Origin: a virus
Lineage: Duplodnaviria > Heunggongvirae > Uroviricota > Caudoviricetes
Virus record (IMG/VR): IMGVR_UViG_3300028805_000044
Length of the DNA stretch: 64,000 nt
Direction: 5' to 3' (one strand)
Under the pieces are notes generated by a model. The model saw only the letters and a list, made by a program, of their open reading frames with translations, made no database searches and was not told the DNA's origin. A program made the translations under genes and the position numbers. Below, piece by piece: positions 1 through 12,600 of the stretch (position 1 is the first letter of the stretch; each line of letters begins with the position of its first letter).

Positions 1-3000
1 ACATAGGAATCTACTAGATATTTATAAGCTTCTTCTCCAGTAAGAATTTTTCCATCTGGAGTTTTAACGTCTTTCTGTGGAATAGTTCTCTTTAATTTTT
101 CATAATCTATATTAAATACTACATGACGTTTACCTTTACTTGTTACCTCATGTCTAGTTACAAACTCTACATATTCAGTAACTTGTCCATTAGAGTTATA
201 TGTAAACTTACCTTCAACCTTTTCAGATGGGCCATAATTCTTTACATAGAAGAATTTACCTTCCTCACTGTAAGCAAGATCATCTCTTATAATATCTCGT
301 CCTACTCTGAATAAAAGTCTGTGGTCCTTAGTAGTAGTATAAACTTCATTTAATACATTTCCATCTCTTACTTCTTTTCTATGCTTATCTTTCCAGAAAG
401 TATGTTTATAAGATACATCAGGCAACTCTCCATCTTCATCAGGTTGTGTAGATTCAAACTGTCTATCTAAAGAGATATAAGTATGTTTACCATTAGATTT
501 CATCATAACAAAATCATAGAAATCTGGAGACACACTTTGATGTACTTGTCTTATTTTCTTTGCTTTCTTTGGACCTTCTGCTATTACATCTGCCATAGAT
601 TCGTCCATTTCTATTCCAAATCTAGACTGATAAATATTAGACATTATAAGTTCAGCAGGAGTATTGTAAAGAGTAATATCTTTACTAGCATCAAGTTCAT
701 CAAGTAATTCTTGTGTGCTTGAATATTCCTTAACTCCTTGGGCTATAAGCCTTTCTATGTAAGCATTTACTCTTCCACGTTGTTCATCTGAAAGTCCTTT
801 AGACTTAGCAAACTTTCTTAAAAGATGTATAGAATTGAATATATTATTTACTCTATCTCCAGGCTTTCCATTTATTTTACCTTTATATTCCCACCATATC
901 TTAGTAGGAGCTAAGTTACGTGATTTATGTACATTCTTTCTAAATTGAAGAACTTTAACTGGTCTTTCTAACTTATCCTATATAAAGGCTCTAGGATCAG
1001 CCTTAAATAAATAATAATCAGATATTTTATCAAGAGCAACATCTATCCATTCTTGAGTATTATCAGCATTTTGGATAAGTATACCAACATTATCTGTAGG
1101 CATGAATTCTTCTGTATGTAAGTCCCAATCAGGAGTTTTTCCTGGCTCTTCAATTACTTTATACTTCCATTTAAGAGCATTATACTGGTCAGTTTTTTGC
1201 ATTAAATATGCTTCAACCACCTAATTATTCCATTCTTCAGAAGAAATCTAATATCCAGCAGCTAACTAATCTGCATCAAGCGTAGCTAGAGGCTTGAAAT
1301 ATTTATCTTCAGGATCTTCTTTTTCTTCAGCAGTTCTTTTCTTATAGTCTTTATAAGCATTAGTAGCTAATTTTACTAAATCCTTATATTGATATTGTTT
1401 ACCATCTATATCGTAGATCATCATAATATTATATCCGGGAGAAAGAACTGCTCCAAGTCCAGGATATTTCTTACGAATTGACTTATTTGTTATTATAGAA
1501 GCAAACGTTGAAAGTATATTACTGTAAATATTAGCATCACTAAATGGAATCTTTAAGTCATCCATAGCATGGGCATTGCTAAGACTAAATCTCTTTTTGA
1601 TTTGAGTAACAATAGATTCAGCAAGTCCTGCTTGTCCACGTGAAGTACTAATATTGTTTATAATAGTTCTACCAATAATATCATAAAGAGCATCTCTAGT
1701 TTCATCAGTAGGATTCTATTGATAAGCTTCAATACTTTCCATTTCAAGAGAAGCTTCTTCAAGAGCAATCTGTCCAAGAGCTTGATATATACCTTTTACA
1801 TAGTTATGAAGTCTACCACCGGCATCAAGTGCAGAAATAACCTGAGAGAACTCAGTCATTTCAGCCTCATCAGCTTCATGGTCAGCATCCATCTGGATAC
1901 CATAGTATTCAGTACCAAGAGTTATTGTATCAAGATCTTCATCATTTTCAAATCTTGAAGTTGAATTTCTATTACCTGCTCCATTTTTGATAGCACTATT
2001 ATTACATAGATAATCTATCATTAAGTATTTAAGAGGTTGTTCATAAGTGTTTTGATTAAACTCTCTCTTTGGAAGGGTTTTACCTTCTGCTTTTGCTTTC
2101 TCTTGAGCAGCAATAAATTCTGGGCTAAGAACTGTTACGTTATTAACTAAATTTGCTACTACATAGTTTGAAGCTTCTGAATATCTTAGTTTTCTATCAT
2201 TTCCTTCTCCAACAAGAGATTCACTATTAATACCTCCAAATACTTGATGTGCTTCGTAGATAGAGGACATAGTATGTAAAGTAGTATCTTGTTTTTGAGG
2301 AGTTAGATATATTCTATGATTACTCTAGGCATCGAAATAATGATACTTTCTTACTGATTTACTACCTATACCTTTATCATCTACTCTTATTTCGTCGGTA
2401 TAATATACAGCATTCTCTTCATCATATCCAAAGTCTACTATTTTATAATGTACTCCTTCTGGTCCTTTATAATATAGATCATTACCTCCAGATAAATCAG
2501 CAAGAGTAATTTCTCCACTTACTTTATGTGCAGCTATCTTTAATATACTACCTTTAAATGCCCAAGGCTTATTAGCCATTTTCTTGAACATATGTAACAT
2601 ACTAACTGTAGAACCTTGAGATTGTTGCATCATATTATTTGTCATTGTATGTGCAGCAAACTTAACAAGTGAAGAAGTCATATGTTGCTTATCATAGTAA
2701 TGCCATATAGGTTTCTTTACAGTTCCAACTTCATTTTCTTGAAGTGACCAGTTCTCTAAAATAGATGTTATAGGATTTATAAATGCAGCACCATCGTGAG
2801 AATCAACTGAACCTTCCTCTCCAGTAAAGTTGAATACAGGAGCAGGTATATCATCCATAACAGCAATACGCATTGTTGAAGCTATTCCTCTGAGACTACC
2901 CTGAGTGTAGTATCTCATAGTAGCAGGAATAATTACGTTACGTTTTAACTAAGCTCCTTGTCCTGCTGATTCCACTTCATACATGGCATCATCTATTGCT

Positions 3001-6000
3001 CTTTTTGCTTTACGCTTATTACTAGAATCAGGCATAGCCTCAATTACTTCATAAGCTTCTGTTAAACTCATAGTATTCCAGAAATCTTGTGCATCAATTC
3101 CTTTTGAAGTAGCTACAGTAGTTATAGCAGCAGCTAATTCCGGATCTTGGAATGATAATATACTAGACTTATTATCTGGATTAAGAGCCTTAGTAATAAC
3201 CATATTTGGCTTAATACCTCCAAGATGTTTGTTCTTATGGTTTATTTCTGAACCAGTAAGAGCCATACGTAAATTATTACCAATAAGACTATGTAATAAG
3301 AAGAATTTATTAAGAACTGGATTCAGTTCTAGAGTATCTCCTTCTTTTATAGCATCATGTGAAGTAATAGGTTCGTCATTAACTCTAGCAAGAATAAGAG
3401 TTCCATCAGAAGTAATCCAGCTACTAGGTCTTTCTCCGAAGTACCTAAGAGCTTGTACCCAAATGTTTTCTGGATCAGGTTCACCTTTTACAAAACGGAT
3501 TCCACTAACAATCATCTTATTCTTTAGAAGTTGATTTACAAATCTTCTTCTTTCTTTATTAAGACGTTCTCTTATATTAGATTTAGTATAAATTACAGTA
3601 GCATAATGTAACAGAGATTCATTAAATGCAAGACCTTTCTTCTTGTTCTTACCATCTTTAAACGCTCTGTTACCATTTATTCTAAAATGAGTATCTACTA
3701 GTATTTCACTCTTAAGACCTTTCTAGTTTTTAAGAGCCACTAAATCGTATTCATCCATAGTAGCTAGACGTCTATCTATCTGTCTAACCATCTATGTAAC
3801 TACATTCCAATTAGGCTCTAGAGCTAACCCTTCTGCATCTGCAGGATAAGCAAGCATAAACATATCTTGCATATCAAATAGTTGGGCATAGTCAGAAAGA
3901 ACGTTTCTTAATATTGTACGATAACTTTCACCAATTGTTCCTACATATAAGGTTTCAAGTTCTGAATCAGACATTAGGCTTATATCTTTTCCATTAAAGT
4001 TAAGTCCTATTTTATAGTTAACAAACTTAGTCTTATCAGAATATGTAGTAGGTTGAATTATCATGTATTTATTATTCTCATTCTATACTAAAGGAATTAA
4101 GAACTTATTTACCATAGCATGATAGAATAATTCTCCTTCTGTCATTCTTTTAACTTGCTTAGTTGTTCCATCAGCAAGTCTTACATCAGTATCAATAACA
4201 GTTCCTTTAATTGCTCCTAAGTTCTACATAAACAAGTTATGTCTTAAAGGTTGACTTTCAAAATTATCAACTTTATGTTGGGAATCTGAAAGGAGGGTGT
4301 GCAAGTCAGTTCCCATAAATGATAAACCATAGTTAGGAACACTATCGCCAGCTAAGTTTTTAGTGTTAGCTTTAGATATTTCTCCAGACATAATTTGTTT
4401 AATTATAACATAGTTATTAAGCCAGGTTTGAGACATTCCTATTGTGATAAGATCTGGACCAAGTACTGAAGGTTCCCAAATACTTCTCCAATCTCTATCA
4501 GTAGGATCCAATCCTAAAATACTGTCTTTATATATTTTAGAGTCTTCAATAAATTTCTCAATTTGACTTGAATTATACTGTCCATTATCAACAGCTTGTC
4601 TAAACTTATCGTGTATATCTCTAACTACAAGTCCTCTTATAGCAGTTGCTACAGCTTCTTTTGGAGAAGCAGCAAAGTTCTATTTAAATAACTCAAATTC
4701 AAGTAATCCGTCTTGTGTTGTGGTAAAACCAGTTCCAGAAAAGAAGTCTACGAATTCGAGAACGTTCATAAATGTAGCGCCTTTTTCACTTCTTGAATCT
4801 ATAAGTAATTGTCTCTTAGTCTTTGTACTTAGGTCTACACTTCCAAACAAACTTTCAAGTCCCATTTCTAAGGAACTATCCTTAGCTCTTACCTTAATTT
4901 CGATACCCTTATCATTAGCTCTTTTAGTGAGTATACCATAAGGATTTTCAGCTAAATCAATATCAACTTCGAGTATTGCTTTACCTAAATCTATAACATA
5001 ATGGCTAGGACTCTTAGAAATGATCTTATAGCCTAGTTCTACATTTTCCATGGTCTGATTATTGTTATTGATAGCTCTAACCATATCATAGAATTGCTTA
5101 TTTGTTTGGAACTTCTTCTTTACTTCAGTTACATACTAGCCAGCATTGTAATCATATACAGTTTGTAAGTAAGACATTTCAGTACTTGAAGCTATCTAAG
5201 CAGCAAGACTTTCCACAAGTGGATATCTATTGGTAAGTCCTTTTTGTCTGTTGTAAGAAGCTTCAATATTGAACAGAGAATTACTACCAGCAAATACATA
5301 TTCATATACTGCATCAAATACCTTCATTTCATAGGGATTGACTATTTTCTATTTAAGTAAAGCAGTACGTACTGAATCATACTTGTTTATAATAGTAAGT
5401 ATTTCTCTCATCTTATTCACTGGATCCTAATTAAATGTAGCCATAGCCTAGTATAATTCTAGAAGCTTTTCAGATCCACCTTGTAATTGAGATATATTAC
5501 CAAATAAGTTTGTAAATGCTCCAAGATAATTTACTGGAGTAAGATATGTATCATCGATAGGAATACTAGAAATAAGGAACTTAGAGAAATTACCCATTTC
5601 TTTTAAAGCATCACGAACATCTATTTGCCATCCATGAACTCTGTTTTCTGTATCCTTACCAAAACGATATTTATAATGAGGTTGTTTGTCTTCATCTATA
5701 TAAATAGGAAATTCTTGATCTTTGTCTGCAGAAATATAGTCACCTATAGCCTCTTTAGATAATTTATCAAAATAAACTATAGATAAATAAGCATTTATTG
5801 CTTCGAAAAGACTAGTACCTTGTCCTTCTCCATTTACATTAAGAGCCCAACCTTCTTCAACTTCATCTTCAAGAGTTCCTATTTTACTTTTCTAAATAAC
5901 TAGATTATAGAAACGGTCTAATGTATTTATGTAAGTTCCAATAGGTTTATTTTGTCTAAACATAGAGTTAGGTAGTCCCTTAGCAAATCCTAAAGCACTT

Positions 6001-6611
6001 AAATATCTATAAACAATAAGATATTGGTTAGCTAAGAACTTCTCTATGTTTTCGTTAAGAGATTTCTAATCATCAACAATAGCAGAATCTTTTAACGTTT
6101 GTCCAATTCTTACTACAGTTGTCAGTCCAAGTTCTCTAGCAAAGTGAGTTTTAAAGTACTCCTTAGCTGGAAGATTACCTGCAAAGAACTTGTCTAGTAC
6201 TTTACTTAGACGTTGTGAAGCTATTTCTTCACGACTTTGTAACTGTCCGTCTATAACAGCTGTTAAATCTACTTCCTCATCTCTAGTTATTTTTCCTTTT
6301 GGATAATAATGAGTTTTAATATTCTCAATGATTGTTTGAGAATCAGTACCTCCTCTTTTCAAGTCTAGAGATTTATTATTCTTCGCATTAGCATCTAATA
6401 GATCCTCTAGTTGTGAAGTCATCCTGTCTATAGACTATTTAAAGTCTTCAGGATTTACAGAGGATTCTTCAGATAAACTATAGTTAGGGACAGTACGATC
6501 AAAATTCTCGATTATTGCCTTAACCATATCACTGGCATTTTGGACCTCCAGTATTTCTACTGGAAGTCCTAATGCATCAAGTTTCCCAAAGTTTGGTAAT
6601 TTGCAACTCAT
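1..6611 (-). CDS. Giant virion-packaged RNA polymerase-like protein, 3'-truncated by the window edge (>2200 aa, TAG read as Gln)
   Basis: ATG at 6611 overlaps the upstream TGA (ATGA). Track fragments ending at 6066, 4680, 4224, 3792, 2949, 2325, 1716, 1266 and 978 share one frame and all end in TAG. The frame appears open to the window edge. Motifs DSHDGAAFINP, GTVKKPI, YGIQMDADH and KKYPGLGAV, the size and the position after the cargo genes fit crAss two-barrel RNAP. The catalytic DxDxD motif was not seen within the window. Confidence 0.65.
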
Positions 6612-9600
6612 TTATTACAATCAGTTTCATTTGTTTGATTGATAAATTCATCTATTACATTCTCTAATAGCTTTATATCATCTTCATCAAGTACTCCTTC
6701 TTCATCTAGAGTAGCTCTTAAGTCTTTCTTTAGTGCTACTAGATTATCTTTAGAATATTCTGTTCCGTCTTTTTCTTCCATCCATGCTTCAAGAGAGTCA
6801 CTTTCCTCATATTGAGAATGGGCTTTCATAATCTCACGGATCTTAGAATTAATTTCACTACCTTTATATACCGCAGGTACATTAGTTTCTTCTCCATCAT
6901 CTCTCTTGCCTGGAGCAGTCTTATCATTTAGAGTTACATTTTCTCCATCAAAGCGGACTTCTATTATCTTACCTGCAGCATCTGTATATTCTACAGCAGT
7001 TCCTTTTCCATCTGGAACTGTTTGTACTACATCTCCAAATTTATGTTCGTTAAGTAAGTCTCTAAGAGTTCTAACTCCATCTAAAGTAACCTCAACTATA
7101 ATATTATCAGGATCAACTTCTCCTTTAGAGAAAGCTCTTCTATTAAGCTCTTTTACATGTTCTTGTATGTAACCAAGGACTTCGTGTTCTTCATAACCAT
7201 CAAAGTTCCAAGAAGAGGTGTCTACTCCAAATCGAGTAAGTTCCTTAAGAATTGGATATTCTACCGTTTCTTCTTTCTTTTCTTCTACAACTATACCTTC
7301 TCCAACTTTATCAAAAGTAAATTGAAGAATAGGATTGCCTGGAATTACATCAGTCTTAAATAGACATCTATTAGTAGCACAAGGAGCTATCATATCACTT
7401 GCTGTACCTCCTGCCTTTATAAGTATTGGATCTATAAAGAATCCATATTTAAATAAGGCATCAGTAGCTACTTGCTGTCCATCTTCAAATTCGTTGTAAT
7501 TCTTTTCGAATGCAACTCCGTGGAAAATGAGATTAAAGAAATTGTCCATTCTACAATCTTGATATACAGTATCTCCAGAGTCTTCATATGTAAAATCATT
7601 TTGTCCTATAATATCAAGTCTTGTTTCAGATTCTTGTACTAGACCTCTTACTTCTTTTCCTCCAATAGTAGTAACAAGATGTTCGTCTAGTCTAGAATAA
7701 TCAAGATCAGTATGTTCTTTATCATTCATATCCATATAAATATGGAAGGAAGGACTTTTTTCTTTACCAAATCTTTCAAAGAATGACTCAGAACCAAAGT
7801 GCATTTTATAATGTAGGTTTTGAGCAATCTTAGCTAAGATAAGTGGAACAGCTTTTACTCTAACTTGGTCAGGAATAGGAATTGTATTCCCTTCATGGTC
7901 TATAAAAAGTTTCTTTTCCTTAGAATTGTTAACCCAATTCTCTGCTTCTTTATAATTGATTCTTTCATTCTTATTAAGTCCAGTAGTTTCGAAGATTCTA
8001 TCTATTACATTAGTAAATAGTTCTTCTATCATTTCACTGTACTGATAAGCTAAGTCTGGATTTATAAAGATTCCATTAATGCTATCTGGTGTATAAGTAC
8101 CATTAACAAATTTATCCTTATAGTAAGGATTATCTTCTTTAAGACCTACAATCTTTCTAATAACAGAACCTGTACGATTACTCCATCCAACTCTAAATCT
8201 TGGTATGTCAAGACCTTCATTAAATGCTATAAGTGCTTGTACACGTTTTACTTTATCTCTATCAAGTTCAGAATTAGTTTCCAACCAACGTTTATATTCA
8301 GCATTGGAAGGAGTTGGAAGTTTCTCAAGAGTTTCTCCAGTAGATTCTTCATATTCCTTTTTCTTGATTTCTTGAAGTTGATGATAAAGTTCTGCATCCT
8401 CTTTTGCCATCTAAATGAGTTGTTCTTGAGTGATACCATTATCTCTCTTGAAATCATTTAAGGCATTTATAAATTTATTAAGATCTGCTCTAAAGTTCCA
8501 TAAAGAAGCTAACATTCTAATACCCATAGGTCCTAAATCAAATGGGAATGTAAAGTCAGACTCCTTACGATTAGTAGTATAAATATCTTTAAATCCATTT
8601 CTATAAATAGAGTGGAATGATACTCCAGCATTATCAAGAACAATCATTCTTACTTGTGCTTTTGAAGGTGTTCCTGCAGCACGTAATCTCTATTGTTCTA
8701 GATAAAGATCACCAAGACGTTCAGGTGATAAAGTATTGTTATTAGATACAAATATTACTGCATGTCCAACAAGACTCGGATCAATTCCAGGAATCTCATC
8801 AGTAAGAACGTGTATTGGACTTACAACAGAATTACCTGTACGTGCATCCCATTCAGAAGTTCCATCCCACAGGCTTTCTAGACGTATTTTACGTCTTTCA
8901 TCAGCATCTGGGGCATCCCTTAGAGCTTTAATATCTTTTTTCTTTAATTTTATTAATTCTGTTCTACCGCTAAATTTAGGTTTATTTATTTGAATTTCCT
9001 AGCTTTCACTTTCTACAAGATTTTTTAACTAAGTTTCATAGTGTCTTGCTTGTGCTATTTGAGCGTCTTTTTCTTCACGAGATAATTCTGGATTGCTTTC
9101 GATTCCTTCTATCCATGTAGATGGATCGGCTACAGCACCAAGTGTAATAACAGCAGGACCTTTAGCTGTTTCTATTCTGGCTTGTATACTAATTACTTTG
9201 TCAGGTATAAAATCTTGTTTTTCATCATCAAGAGTAGTCTAACCTATAAGGTCATGTACCTCACTCTTGTCTTCTGAAACTAAGAAGAACTTAGCAGCTT
9301 TTAATTGTTCCTTAGTTACAACTCTTTGTAAATTAACAGGAATATCATATAAATCTATATTTAAATCATATAAGAATAAGCTCTTTAAGAAGTTAAGATC
9401 TCTTACAAGAGCTCTCTTTTCAGAACCATTATGTGCTAGAATACCATCACTTCCAGGAATAAAGAGACCTAGATCTCTTACTGGACCAGACTTAGGTATC
9501 CATCTTCTCTTACCATCAGATGTAATGTTACCTTTAAATTGTACATTACCATAAGCACGATATCCAACTCCTGGAGTTTCACTTGGAAGCTTTTCTACTT

Positions 9601-12600
9601 TTTCTACTTCGTCCTTCTTTTCTTCGGAAACATCTACAGGGGGAATATCTTCAAGAGCTGGTTCTTTCTTTTCTTCTTCCTTCTCTTCTTCTTCCTTCTT
9701 CTCTTCTACAGTTACTTCTTCTGGCTTAAGTTCTGCAAGTAATCCTTCTATATAGTTAAGTCTATTCTATATAAAGTCTTGAATTACCTCAGGAGTAAGT
9801 CTTTCATATTTAGTTGTGTAATCTTCCTTTACTGGGTTAATTATTTCTGAAATACCATTATCAAGAACTATACTACCTCTTCTACTTCTAGAAATCATAG
9901 TATATAAGTCTCTTAGTAATTCAGCAGCTTCTGATATATGTGTTTCATAAGCCTTTTTGTCTCCACTCTTAAGAAGTTTACCTCCCCAATCGGAGTCTAC
10001 AATTACATAATCAAACTCTCTTCCTTGAACGCTATCTTTATCAAAGATTTCAAAAGATGTAACGCCAGAACCAAGATGACTTTGTATAAAGTTTATTCTT
10101 TCTTTGTTATTACCTATATAAGCAACTGACCCAGATAATTTGCTAAGGTCTTCAGAACTTATAGAAGATGTTACTTTATCTCCTTCTAATTGCTTATCAT
10201 TCTCAAAGAAGCTAAGTCCTAATTTATTATGTAAAGCTTCAAGTACTTGTGCAAATATTTCTGAACTTGTTTCAGATGTAGAACCTCTCATCTTATCAAG
10301 TAAAGATACTATCTGTCTTTGATTAGAAACCTTCCATATACTTTCGTTTCTAAGAGAGAAATTAAGTCTTGGAGTTCTGAAAGCAAGTAAAGTTTCTCTT
10401 GCTAAGTTATAAGCTTTTCCTACTTCACTACCTTTACCTCTTTGATTTTCATCACCAAGTAAGGTAATTCTTGTTCCAGTAAGTCTAGCCCAATTTCCAA
10501 GAGCTTGCAATGTTAAGTTTCCAATATGAGTAGCTTCATCAATTACTAAGTGCTTTGGAGCATCCTTTATTACATAATCGGAATCCTTAATTCCTTTAAG
10601 TATTGTAGTAGTTTGCTTGTCAAGACCTCCATTAGATTTAGATTCTTTTATATCAGTACTTTCATCAAGTACTTTCTTAGCAAGTTCAGCAGGAAGAATC
10701 TATTTAAGTAGAGCATCTATTCCAAATGCTTTAGCTTTAGGAGCTAGTGCAGAAAGAGTTTCAACTTGCTTACTAGTAGGACCCGCTACCCAAGTATCTT
10801 CGTCCTCATTAATAAGGTATTTAGCTTCAACACTAGTTTTACCTGCACCTCCAAGTCCAGTAACAATTGTAGTATTATACATTACTGGCATTTTAAGACC
10901 TTTTCTTTCTGCAAGTTCTTGAAGTGCTTCAAGAGCAGCGTTAATAACTTTTGGATCGGCAGCAAGTGCTTGTCCAAGTTGCATTGCAGGTTGTTGTGTA
11001 GCTAAAGGAGCAATATCAGGATTAGCTTTTATAAAATCTCTTTCTAATTCTAATTGCTTTTGAGGATCTATACCAATTAAAGATACAAGATACATAAACT
11101 TATCATAAGCAGTAAGGTCTTTTAATTCTTCATCAACATTAGAAGTAACACCACTTATAACTTGTTCATCCTGATTAATATGTGCAAGTAATCTTTGCAT
11201 TATATCTTTAAGGTCTCTTCCTTCTGCTATAGCCTTCTATACATTATCATGGAACTGTTTTTCAAAATGGAATAAAGCATTAGGTCCATTAGGATCAACT
11301 ATACTATCCTCTAAGAATTCATTAGAAGTCATACTAGTGCTTAAGAACTTAAGCCTAGACTTACTAAGAGCTTCTTCTGCTCTCTATAGGCTAGCAGCAC
11401 TATTAGCCTGGTTTTGCATAGATAACTGAATCCATTGGTCTATTTCTCTAGTATAACCATTAAGTGCCATAATAAGCTGTCCACCTATCTTTTCGTCCAT
11501 TTCAAATAAAGGCTCAAATTTCTAGAAGAACTCGGAATCACCTTGTTTTCCTTTATGTGTTTCATAAAATTTATTTACGGCCTTGTTATAAGTCATTCCA
11601 TCTCCAATATTAGAAGGACGAGAAGAAGCAGCAACCATAGCAGTAACTATGTTTATAAGTTTCTTTGCTTCTTCTAAATATTTTATTTGGTCTCCAGATA
11701 ATATAAAGTCATGTGCTTTTTCATTTTCTCTGAACTATTTAAATATAGATTCAAGAGCTTTTTCAACTTCTACTGCCTCACTTCCAATCTTTGGAGCAAG
11801 TTCCTTAACGAGCTCTACAGCCGGATTTTCTTCTACAGAAAGTCTATCTTCTAAGTCTTTTGCTGCTCTTAAATCTTCATCACTTTTAAATAGTTCATTA
11901 AGTCTTTGAAGTTGAGGTTCAAGTCTTTCCATTTCTTGATTAACCATATCATCAAGCATTTGATTATAGGTCTCTTCATCCCAAGCTTCAAATTCTTCTG
12001 TTTCTAATGCGTCTAACTAATCCTTTAGTTCTCTTTGCTTTTCCTCATTATTTTCTACCATATATTGAGCATAAATATCTTCATACTATGCTACTTTCTA
12101 TATAACATCGAAGTCCTTATCTCCGGCAGCATCAGATAACATTTCACGTAGTTGTTCAGCAAGACTATAGCCCTCCCATCCTTCTCTATTTACTCCATGT
12201 AGTACTTCTTTTAGAGTAAACTTTCTATTAGGAGATAATTGAGAGAAAAAATATGTAAGACCACCATAGTCAGCAGTTCCAAAACGTTCAATAAATTGGT
12301 CTGCTATCTACTTACCATATCTTACTTTTAAGGACTCTCTTACTTTATTGACTAGTTCAGGATAGTTTTCTGCATTATCAAGTAAATCTTTATTTATACC
12401 TGTACCTATTGTACGTGCAATAAGTCTATTCTTAATTTGTTGCTATGTTTCTCCAAGATAAGCCATTAAATAACGCTTAGTACTTGGATCAATAAATGTT
12501 CCTGGTCTAACACTTCCAGTAGTTGGGTCAGTAGTTCCCCAAGCCTCTGCCTCATCAAGAAGTCTTTGTAGTTTTTGTATCTTATTACGAGCATTTATTT

